The notes below the pieces were generated by a model. It searched no databases. It had not been told where the DNA came from and worked only from the letters and a program-made list of their open reading frames with translations. 64,000 bases of DNA, from positions 258,527 to 322,526 of the forward strand of contig RQSC01000012.1 of NCBI GenBank assembly GCA_013416795.1. The letters are read 5' to 3'. How positions within the stretch are numbered: position 1 is the stretch's first letter; each line of letters starts with the position of its first letter. Of this stretch, positions 54,659 through 64,000 are shown one piece after another. This stretch comes from Prasinococcaceae sp. CCMP 1430. Lineage: Eukaryota; Plantae; Prasinodermophyta. A program made the translations under genes and the position numbers.

Positions 54659-55412
54659 ACATGCGCAGGGCCACGCGGCAGCGCTCGCCGCCATGGGGAG
54701 CGTCCTTCCTCATCACATGGCGGCCAACGGTGCGCACGTGCCGCCGCACCGCCCGCCGGCCCGCGCCATCGGCAGCCACTCGGCGTTTTCGGCGTTCAGT
54801 GCGCCGCGCATCGCGCTCTTTGGGGGCGCGAGGTCCGGCGCCACGTCCTCAGCGTCCGTCCTGCAGGCCCCGGGGGGAGGCTCTGCCACGCCCGGCAGCA
54901 CCTCCGGCTCGGGCGAGGCGGGCGGGGTGGCCGGCAGCCAGGCGATGACCGCCCAGGCGCACGCGGGCTTCGCGGCGGCGCAGGCGCAGGCGGCGCACGC
55001 CAACGCGGGCCATGCGTTCGTGCAATGGGGCGCAGGCGGAATGGGTGCGGGTTCGATCCCCCCGGGGGTGGCAAGTGCCGCCGCCGTGGCCGCCGTGGGC
55101 AGCGAGGATCCCAACATGCAGCCCGCGGCGCACATGCGGCGCCAGGCGATGCAAATGGCGCGGAGTGAGGCGGCGGCTGGCACCGATGGGTGGAGGCCGG
55201 CGCTCGAGGGCCCCGCCAACGATGCGGGCGGAGTCGCTACCACAGACACCGTCGCGGCCGCACGGAGAGTGCGGCTGGAGGCGCTGCGCAAGTACCGCGA
55301 GAAGAAGAAGACGCGCAGCTTCAACAAGAAGGTCCGCTACGAGAGCCGCAAGCGCGTGGCCATGAATCGCCCGCGAGTGCTTGGCAGGTTCGTCAAGGTG
55401 GCCGGCGATTGA
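53645..55412 (+). CDS. Pseudo-response regulator with CCT domain (TOC1/PRR-like); N-terminus in gap
   Basis: Receiver RVLLVDAEG..EIMLCST..|..ALDAGACEFLSKPLVRSVVSNLWTHAWRK. CCT RLEALRKYREKKKTRSFNKKVRYESRKRVAMNRPRVLGRFVK. One intron ~53901-54088. Confidence 0.92.
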
Positions 55413-55933
55413 GTCGGGGCGTAGCGCCCCACTGCCGACATCAACCGTCCACCGACAGTTGTGTTCTACCGGCCCCCAGAGGGTCTACGTCGTGCGCACG
55501 ACGTCTCCAGAGAGGGCGACGTGCAGTACCTGTACCACCAATCTCTGATGTGCCACTACATATGCAAGGCGGCGGCGGCGGTGGCGACCACGGCAGCCGG
55601 CCGACCGAGAGACTTTTTGACATCCACGAACCCCGCCCCCCAGGACGTGTGTCGCGCTTGTGCGCGCACAGACTCAGGTGGGGCGCGGAGGCACACGGAG
55701 GCATGCGGGGGACGCATCGAGGCACGCGATGTTGCGACGCGTGTCGGCCCTGAGAGGACCCCCCATGTGCTTGTAAAAAATGCCCGGTATCCAGGTCGCG
55801 GGCGCAGAGCCCGCGCGACGCGCGTCAAGCTTCCACAGTGACACACGCACGCACACACCCGTCCTCCCGTGCGCGCGCGCAAGGTGGTTGCGGTGTCCGC
55901 GGGAGGCGCGGGAAGAAAAGGCGAATCTGTGCT

Positions 55934-56741
55934 CTACAAGAACAAGTCGGCCTGCTTCGCCACGTCCTTGCTGCTGCTGTCGCCCGCGCCGCTCGCTGCG
56001 GCCCCCGCCTCCGCCGCCTCAGATCCCTCCACCAGCGCCGATCGATCCTCGCCCGCTGCCTCAGCCCTGGGTGCTGGAGCGCCCCCCTCGATGAGGTCCA
56101 CTTGGGCGCGCGCCTCGACGAGGATGTCGGCGGGAACAGTCGCGATGACCTCGTCGAGCGCGGAGACGGTGGACTCGAGCAGCTCGAGCAGCTGTGGCTT
56201 GGTCTCGTCGGGGCTCTCTTCGCGGCTCGTCTGGAGCAGGGCGCCGTCGAACGCATCGAGTGCGGCGAGCGCCGCCTCGACGAGTTTGTCGGCCGCGCTT
56301 CCCGGATCCGCCTCAAGCGCGTACGAGGCGACGGCGCGCATGTCCGAGCGCAGCGAGCCAATCACGCCCTGCCGCATCCGCGTGCGCACCTACCGTGCGT
56401 GCAGGCGGGTCGCACGCCGTCAGAAACACGTGCCACGCTGTGCAAGCCTGGGCGCGCCGCCATCGTGCGCCGTTCGCACGGGTTGGCGGGTCGCGCACGC
56501 ACCAGATAGATGTCGTACCCCTCGTTGGCCGAGTCGATGCCCTGTGCGAGCGCCTCGAGCCGCGAGCGCGACAGCAGCAGCGCGGGCACGTACGTGTCGA
56601 GCGAGTCTAGCGGCTTGCGCTTGATGAACGCGTCAAACACCCCCGCGTGAGCGGGCTGCGAGTCCGCCGGGAGCGACAGCAGCGGTGCCGCCGCCGCGAG
56701 CGCCGCGAGCATCTCGCGGCGCGCCGGCCGCGGCGCAGGCG
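55934..56741 (-). CDS. Putative thylakoid-lumen helical protein with twin-Arg signal; transit peptide in gap
   Basis: RREMLAALAAAAPLLSLP..PAHA (Tat motif + AxA cleavage site), then KRKPLDSLDTYVPALLLSR..|..SLRSDMRAVASYA..LDEVIATVPADIL, which resembles a conserved plant chloroplast protein of unknown function. Confidence 0.7.
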
Positions 56742-56907
56742 NNNNNNNNNNNNNNNNNNNNNNNNNNNNNNNNNNNNNNNNNNNNNNNNNNNNNNNNNNN
56801 NNNNNNNNNNNNNNNNNNNNNNNNNNNNNNNNNNNNNNNNNNNNNNNNNNNNNNNNNNNNNNNNNNNNNNNNNNNNNNNNNNNNNNNNNNNNNNNNNNNN
56901 NNNNNNN

Positions 56908-57467
56908 GCTGCGCGGGCAAGTCGCGCTTCGGCGGCGGCGCGGGCGCGGACGGCGGCGCCGCGGGCAAGGGCCCCGGGTCTTCGCCCATCCGGTACGAGT
57001 CGATGGAGCAGCGCAAGTCCGACCGCGAGTTCGAGCGCGGCGGCGGCGGCGGTGGCGGCTACGACGACTACGACGACGGCTACGGCGGCGGCGGCGACGA
57101 CGAGGGCTCGAGCAACAAACAGTTGATTGGCCTCGTGGCTCTCGCGCTCATCGTTGTGTGGGCGTACAGGTGAGAGCGGCACGAGAGGCTGAGCGCACAG
57201 CGTGGCGCGCGAAGGTGGTGCGCGCCGACGCGCCATCGCTGTCATGCGCGCCACCCACCTCTGACCCGCCGTGGATGTGCGCCGCCCACTGCCCCCCTCG
57301 GCGCGCAACACGCGCACGCGGGGCATGCCGGCGAACGCAGTGAGGCGAAGAAGAGCGAGGAGCGGGCGCAGGCGGCCAAGGCCGCCGCCGCGAAGAAGAA
57401 GAAAGCGGCGATGAAGAAGAAGCAGCTAGCCACTGACGACGACGACGACGACGACGACGACTGGTGA
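56908..57467 (+). CDS. Small single-pass membrane protein, C-terminal part; N-terminus in gap
   Basis: ..DDEGSSNKQLIGLVALALIVVWAY, intron GTGAGA..CAG (57170-57340), then in-frame SEAKKSEERAQAAK..KKKQLATDDDDDDDDW*. Confidence 0.6.
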
Positions 57468-57692
57468 TCTAGGGATCGAGCGACCCGCCGCCGAACCGCG
57501 CGGCCTCGCTCACCGGCGCCCGAAAAGGAGCGCAGAGCGGAGGAGCATCGTCCGCGCGCGCGCACGTGCGCCCATCTGCGCGCGCCCACGCGCGCGCGAG
57601 GCGCATGTCGGGCGGTGAGCGTGTACAAAATCCGGTTCCCGCTCTACATCGGCGCGGCGCAGCGCGCGCATGCTCGCGGCGGAGTTTGAAGC

Positions 57693-60445
57693 CTAGGCCG
57701 CGACGGCCTCGACCTCCGCGCCCTCGGCGCCGTCCTCGTCCTTCTCCACCCAGCGCCCGTGCTCCTTGATGAGCTCGATGAGCTCCTGGGTGGCGATCTC
57801 CTGCGGAATGCCCCTGCGAACGACCTCCTTGCCCACGTACAGGTCGATCTTGCCCGGCAGCGAGCCAACATAGCCGAAGTCGGCGTCGGCCATCTCTCCC
57901 GGCCCGTTCACGATGCAGCCCATCACCGCGATGGACACACCCGGCAGGTGGCCAGTTTCCTGGGAGATCTGCTCGGTGACCTCCTGCAAATCGAAGAGCG
58001 TGCGACCGCAGCTCGGGCACGAGACGTACTCGGTTTTCACGCTGCGCATGCGGCTGCCCTGCAAGAGGCCGAACGACGCGCGCACGAGGTCGGTCTTGGA
58101 GAAGCCCTCCGCCTCGATCATCGCGCCATCGCCGAGCCCATCGCACAGGAGCCCGCCCGCGAACATGCCCGTCTTGATGAGCAGGTTGTTGGAGTCCATC
58201 GCGCCGAACGTCAGATGGTGGATCACCGGGAAGTTCAGCTTGTCGCGCGCGAGGAACTCGAACACGCGGCGGCTCGCGTGCACGCGGCTCACGCCGTCGT
58301 TGCACTTGATCATCAGGAAGATGGCGTCGAGCTCCTTCAGGCGACCGAGGGTCTCGTCGTCCTCCTCGGCCGTCAGTGTGACTACCGAGCGCAGCGCGCC
58401 CTCGGGCAGCCCCTCGCCGGCATCCTTGGCGGCCAGGGCCTCCTCGATGGTGTACAGCGCGATGGACGCCGGCACCGCGCACGCCTTCAGGTCGGCCACC
58501 GGGGCGATCACGCCGAGGCCGGCGTCCTGGAGGCGCTTGAGCGTGCGGCGCGCCTCTTGGTCGTCTGCGGGCGGCACCTCGTCGAGGATGATCGAGTCGA
58601 CCGTCGCGACGTCCTTGAAGGGCATGCCCACGGCCAGCTTGCAGCCGAGCTCCACGTAGAGGGCCTCCGGGCTGCGCAGCTCCTCGAGCGACACGCGCGC
58701 GAGCACCGAGCCGTCGCGGTGCAGCACCTGGCGCAGGTCCACGGTGTCATCCTCCTTCTGCGTCACCAGGTCGCCCTGGCGGCGCTCAAACTTGAGGTAG
58801 TCGCGCACGGTCTCGGTGAAGGACACCGGCGACTGCCACGGTACGGAGAACGCCAACGAGCGCGCGGGGGGGCGCAGGCGGCTTGGGTCAGCGCGCGCAT
58901 GGAGGCGCGCCATGGCGGGCACGGTCGAGTGCTCAGGCTAGGAGGGCACGCGAGCTCAGTTTATGGGTGGTGGTCCAGATGGTATTGTCTGCAAGGTTGG
59001 GGCTGGGATTGGTGGGTCCCTTCAAGACCCCCGCCGTTCGGACGAACGAGACTACTGGAAGCATCCTCGTCGCGTGATGCGCGGGTGCTGGGCATGGGCA
59101 AGCCGCGCGCGGCGCGGACGCGGCCACACCAGGGCGGCGCGGCGCCGGGCGCACCTTCCATCCCTCCTCGGCGGCCATGGTGCCCAGACTGCCGAGCGTC
59201 GAGCACGGCTCGATCTCGAACTCAGGGTCCTCTGTGAGCGACACGCGGATGGTGTTGCCGATGCCGTCGGAGAGCAGCGAGCCGATGCCGATGGCGCTCT
59301 TCATGCGGCCGTCCTCGCCCTCGCCAGCCTCAGTGACGCCGAGGTGGACGGGATAGTCCCAGCCCAGCTTGTACATCTCAGCGACCAGCAGGCGGTAGGC
59401 CTGCACCATCACAAGCGGGTTGGACGCCTTCATGGAGAAGACAAAGTTGTGGAAGTCGTGCTTGCGGCAGATGCGCGCGAACTCGAACGCCGACTCCACC
59501 ATGCCCGCGGGGGTGTCGCCGTAGTACGACAGCGTGCGCGCCGACAGGGAGCCGTGGTTGGTGCCGATACGGATCATGCGGTTCAGCTCCTTGCACTTGA
59601 GCACGAGCGGCGTGAAGGTCTCCTCGATGAAGTCCAGCTCCTCCTGGTAGGCCTCGGGCGAGTCGTAGTTCTTCTCCTCGAACGTCTTGCGGCCGTCGGC
59701 GTAGTTGCCAGGGTTGACGCGGATCTTCTCCCACGACTCGGCCACGAGCAGCGCCACCTTGGGCGCGAAGTGGATGTCGGCGCACAGCGGGATGTCGTAG
59801 CCGTCCTCCCAGAGGCGCTCGCGGATCTCCTTGCACGCCTTGGCCTCCCGCATGCCCTGCACGGTGATGCGCGCGAGCATGCCGCCGGCGTCTGCAATGC
59901 GCTTGACCTGCGCCACAGTGGCCTCGACGTCGCGGGTGTCGGTCGTGGTCATCGTCTGCAGGACGATGGGGTGCTCCGAACCCATTGGCACGGGACCGGC
60001 CCAGCATGTGCGCGTCTTGCGGGTCTTTGTCTGCGTCGGGTCGATGCAGTACTTGCCCTCAGGAACTGCGGGGCGGGGGCGGGGAAGGGGGTAGGAGCGG
60101 TGAGAACAGGGATGGTCCGGCGTGTGTGCCGAGGGTGATGGGAGGGGAAGGGGCGGGGGCGGCGGAGGAGCGTGTGTCAGCATGCAGCCAAGGGTGCTGA
60201 GACACCACATCACCGAGCCGAGCCGCGGCGCAGCGTCGTCGGACACCCGCAGGCAAAACAAAGCCGCAACACTGGCGTTGCTTTCGCAGCGGCCGCCGCC
60301 GCTCAGCCCGCCCACGGCCCGTGCGGGGTGCTCCTCGAGCGGCCCCCGTGGGACGCGCTACGACCGTGAGGCCACCCCCGCCGCGAGCAGCGCCGGACGC
60401 GGTGCGGCACGCCGCGGCGTTGGTGGTGCATGCCCCGTCGCACAT
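57693..60445 (-). CDS. ispG: (E)-4-hydroxy-3-methylbut-2-enyl-diphosphate synthase, long plant-type IspG (MEP pathway)
   Basis: KYC..RKTRT..GSEHPIVLQTMTTTDTRDV..ADIHFAP..IRVNPGN..IGTNHGSLS..HLGVTEAG, and C-terminal CPSCGRTLFDLQ..VMGCIVNGPGEMADADFGYVG. At least two introns; first exon and start uncertain. Confidence 0.96.
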
Positions 60446-61819
60446 AGGGTTTGCTCGTGTTTTTCCCCCCTTTTGAGTTCGCGGACCCGCCGCGCTCCGG
60501 CGAGCGCACCCAGCGTGGCGCCGCCGGCCGCTGCGTCGCGCGTGCGNNNNNNNNNNNNNNNNNNNNNNNNNNNNNNNNNNNNNNNNNNNNNNNNNNNNNN
60601 NNNNNNNNNNNNNNNNNNNNNNNNNNNNNNNNNNNNNNNNNNNNNNNNNNNNNNNNNNNNNNNNNNNNNNNNNNNNNNNNNNNNNNNNNNNNNNNNNNNN
60701 NNNNNNNNNNNNNNNNNNNNNNNNNNNNNNNNNNNNNNNNNNNNNNNNNNNNNNNNNNNNNNNNNNNNNNNNNNNNNNNNNNNNNNNNNNNNNNNNNNNN
60801 NNNNNNNNNNNNNNNNNNNNNNNNNNNNNNNNNNNNNNNNNNNNNNNNNNNNNNNNNNNNNNNNNNNNNNNNNNNNNNNNNNNNNNNNNNNNNNNNNNNN
60901 NNNNNNNNNNNNNNNNNNNNNNNNNNNNNNNNNNNNNNNNNNNNNNNNNNNNNNNNNNNNNNNNNNNNNNNNNNNNNNNNNNNNNNNNNNNNNNNNNNNN
61001 NNNNNNNNNNNNNNNNNNNNNNNNNNNNNNNNNNNNNNNNNNNNNNNNNNNNNNNNNNNNNNNNNNNNNNNNNNNNNNNNNNNNNNNNNNNNNNNNNNNN
61101 NCGCCGCCGCGCGCGCGCGCGGCGGCGCCCCGCCGCGTCGGCCGGTGTCAGCCGGCGCATGCTTTCGGGGCGTAAATAGGGTTTAGTCGATAGTAGGGTT
61201 TGCACAATAAGGCGCAGCTCAGCTCCAGCGCAGTGCAACGTGCCCACCGCACGGCTGCGTACAATCAGATGGTACGGACACACAGACAGACTTTTGAGGA
61301 CAGAAGAGCTTTCGCGGCGCAACCTTTGCTTTTCGCAGCCGCCGCGGGCCACATGTTTTTTTGGAGGCGTTTTGAACTGTTTGCGCGTTCGCCGGTTCCC
61401 CGAAGGCGCGCGCGGTCGGTGCGCCGCCGGCGCGGCCGCCGGCACACCGCAGCTTGCGCGCTGCGCTGCGCGACGCCCAGCGCGCCGAACCGACGCACCC
61501 ACCTCTCGCGCGCGAGCGCACCGCACCGCGCGCTTCCGGCCGCGAATTACCCCCGTTTTCCCATCCGCAAAACCCCGCGCGTCGCCCTTCGCGCCGACCT
61601 CCGAAACGCGCCTCGCGGAACGCGTTTCGGCGCGCGCGCGCGACGCGCACGCCGACCCCGCGGATGGAGCGAGTGAGGGATGGAATGAGATCTCACCTCG
61701 CCGCAGCCCACCATCGGATCAGGTTTCGCAAGTCACTTTCACGTGGAGAAAACAACACTGCGGGATGCGCATGTGGTGGGCCCAGGGAAACCCGACCAAC
61801 GGGGAGTGACCACTCCGAA

Positions 61820-63302
61820 CTAAAACCGAACTGAACCGAACTGAACCGGACTGAATTGCACTGAACTGGCGCGCGCGCGCGCGCGCGCCTCACCGCCACC
61901 CACTTGCGGCCGGCCCAGCCGCCGCGGCGGCGGCGAGATCCCGAAAGCGGATCGGAAAGCGGCGGCCTCGCGAATGGACTCGATCCAGTCGAAGCCTCCG
62001 ATGGTCATCAGCGCGGTGACGCTCAGCACGGCGGCGATGGCGTCCTGCGTGAGGGCGGACATGCGCGGCGGCGGCGAGCCCTCAGGCTGGCCGCCGGACC
62101 GCCAGGCCTCCGTCCACTCCGCCGCCTCGTCCTCCGCGCTCATCGCCTGCGGAATTCAGAAGCGAGGGACGGGCGCGGCAGCGCGCCATCGTGCGCGCGG
62201 GCGGGGGTGAGCACGCGAGCGCGCGCGCGTGCGCGCGCAGCGCCAGGACACGGAGCAAGCGCCCCAACGCAGGTGCGCATCTCGTGCGCTATGGCAACCG
62301 CACGCACGGCGCTGCGCACGGCGCCGCGCGTGTACGCACCGGCATCGGGACGAAGCCCCGTTCTGCGAGCGAAGCGACGAGGTCTTCCATGTGCAGAACC
62401 CCGTACAGGAGCGCCGCCGAAGGCACCGCCCCCACTCCCGCTGCCGAACCTGCCGCGGACTGCCTCGCGAGCGCCGCGTCGAGCGTGCGCAGCGCGGCGT
62501 CGTTGCGCGCTCGAATGACCACCGCATCGGCGCGCTCGCTCTGGCCTGACACGACGAGCTGCGCGAGCGCGAGCCTGCGTGCGCCCTCCAGGTCGAGTCT
62601 CGCCGCTGCGCGCACCGTGGCCGCCAGCGCAGGCGCGGGTCGCCCTCCCTGCCACGACCAGTCGAGGCACAGCAGCGCCGCTTCCGGGGCCGGCGCCAGC
62701 CAGCACAGCGCCCGCAGCGCCCGCGCACCCGCCGTGGCGACCGCGCCAGCAGCGCGGCTCCCTGCCGCGTCGCTGCGCGAACTCGCGCCGGGCCCCGCCC
62801 AAAGGGCCGCCCACGCAGCCCCAGCCGCTCCGCCGCGATATGTGCTCGTCCCCCCCCGCCCCTGGTCGTCCTGCAGCGCGCCCAGCTCCGCCGCGCTCAG
62901 ATCCGCCACGTACCACCGCGCGGAGCGGTACGCCTGCTGTAGCGCATCGAGCTGCGCGACGAGCCCGTGATTCGCGGCGAGGCGCCGCTGCTGCGCGGTG
63001 GGGTACAGGTCGCACGAGAGCTGGCGCAGGGCCACGGGCGTCGCCTCGATCGACCACGTGAGGCTCTCGTCCGCCACCATCTCGAAGAGCGTCTCCCGCG
63101 CGCCCGCGCGGCAGCGGTCCGCCAGCGCGGCGAAATACTCGCTCGTGCCGACGTGCACGCACCCGACAAGCTCGACCCGCGCGCCATCATCGCGCCGCAC
63201 CAGCGTGCGCGCGCGCGTCTCGAGCACCCACGCCCCTCGCTCGGCATCCTCCAGCCGCAGGCGCACGCTCTGCCCCGCCGCCGCGCCCCCCGCCGCGGCC
63301 GC
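61820..63302 (-). CDS. Conserved uncharacterised protein, TraB/GumN-like fold by motif recall; 5' end cut at the N at 63303
   Basis: VLETRARTLVR..VELVGCVHVGTSEYFAAL..LFEMV..QLDAL..WYVADLS..VIRARNDAAL..ALLYGVLHMEDL..GFVPMP, intron (~62325-62150), then AMSAEDEAAEWTEAWRS and a hydrophobic segment. The 3' end may splice again at ~61889. Confidence 0.65.
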
Positions 63303-63303
63303 N

Positions 63304-63502
63304 ACCACAGTGTCGTAGACCGCAGGCACGGCCGCGTCGGACGCGCGCTGGCTGACAGGTGAGGCGAGGCGCGCTCCACGCTGCCCGAGTAGGCCGTCGA
63401 TCATCTGCTGGGCTGCTGCAACCTGCACAAGCGTGCCAGTCATTTCGACCATGCGCTTGGTGGCCCCGGGGGTGGCCTCATGCATCTTGACGCGTGCGCC
63501 CC
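63304..63502 (-). other. Isolated C-terminal half of a KH domain
   Basis: GARVKMHEATPGATKRMVEMTGTLVQVAAAQQMIDGLL is KH-like, but there is no upstream GxxG half and no ATG context. Confidence 0.5.
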
Positions 63503-63554
63503 GCCTCCCGCTCCCTCCGCCGCGGCCTCGCTCTCGCGCTCGCCCGGCGCGCAG

Positions 63555-63737
63555 GCCTTCTCCTCAAACACCCGCTACATGCTCGTCAACGGCTTCGAGC
63601 GCGTGGTCGAGGGCTCCGCGGTGGCGCAGGCGGTTCCCGCCGTCTCCAACGTGGCCACCGTGGGCGTGCGCCTCGCCAACAACATCGTCGGCGGCATGCA
63701 CTTCATCGACATGGCGCGCGACTTCGGCGTCCAGTAG
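63555..63737 (+). CDS. Terminal exon of a RETICULATA-related (DUF3411) plastid envelope protein
   Basis: After acceptor CAG (63552-63554): AFSSNTRYMLVNGFERVV..TVGVRLANNIVGGMHFIDMARDFGVQ*, matching the RE/RER C-terminal motif. No upstream exons are visible. Confidence 0.75.
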   Translation, partial: AFSSNTRYMLVNGFERVVEGSAVAQAVPAVSNVATVGVRLANNIVGGMHFIDMARDFGVQ

Positions 63738-64000
63738 CGGTGGTCGCGCGGCGCGCCGGCCGACGCCCCTTCAATCAACCACCGCTCAGCCCAACCAACC
63801 AATCAATTGCACCCACGACCAAAACCCTGCCGTGTCAAAACGCACCGTCCCCATCAGAACGCACCCGTTCGGCGCCGCGCGCTCGCGCCGCGCGGGTGCG
63901 CGCGATTGCGATTGCGAGCGCGCGCCCGAAATCGCGCGGGCGTCGCGCTTTCGTCCGCGCGCTTCCGCGAAGCCGCGCGCGTCTCGGCTGGTTGGGGTGA

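Noticed and set aside
62289-63485. Single 398-aa KH + TraB-like fusion ORF
   Set aside because: Continuity depends on one N that probably hides a gap, so the parts are reported separately.

Overview
A gene-dense, very GC-rich eukaryotic nuclear window with about 30 protein-coding loci. It has short GT-AG introns with GCTGAC-type branch points, TGTAA poly(A) signals, seven N gaps and six single-N joins. The mix of plastid-targeted genes (HDS/IspG, EXECUTER, IF-1, a RETICULATA exon), ciliary and centriolar genes (IFT88, WDR90), a double-AP2 factor, a PRR/CCT clock gene and a selenoprotein thioredoxin reductase points to a green alga, probably prasinophyte-grade. The species cannot be fixed from this sequence. 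I found no tRNA, rRNA, CRISPR array or intact transposon. Most long ORFs in the track are GC-driven shadow frames. Main highlights: (1) a BtuF-like binding protein fused to a DUF5522-like Cys domain and a Dph6-like PP-loop ATPase, whose 5' end is interrupted by a fragment resembling an alphaproteobacterial universal stress protein; (2) an ePHD + CENP-C motif + SANT protein resembling KNL2/M18BP1 without a SANTA domain; (3) an ACT-ACT-adenylate cyclase; (4) nuclear copies of the usually organellar genes atp1 and infA; (5) a UGA-Sec thioredoxin reductase with a SECIS element that the ORF track truncates. All family assignments come from recognising motifs by eye; no database search was run.
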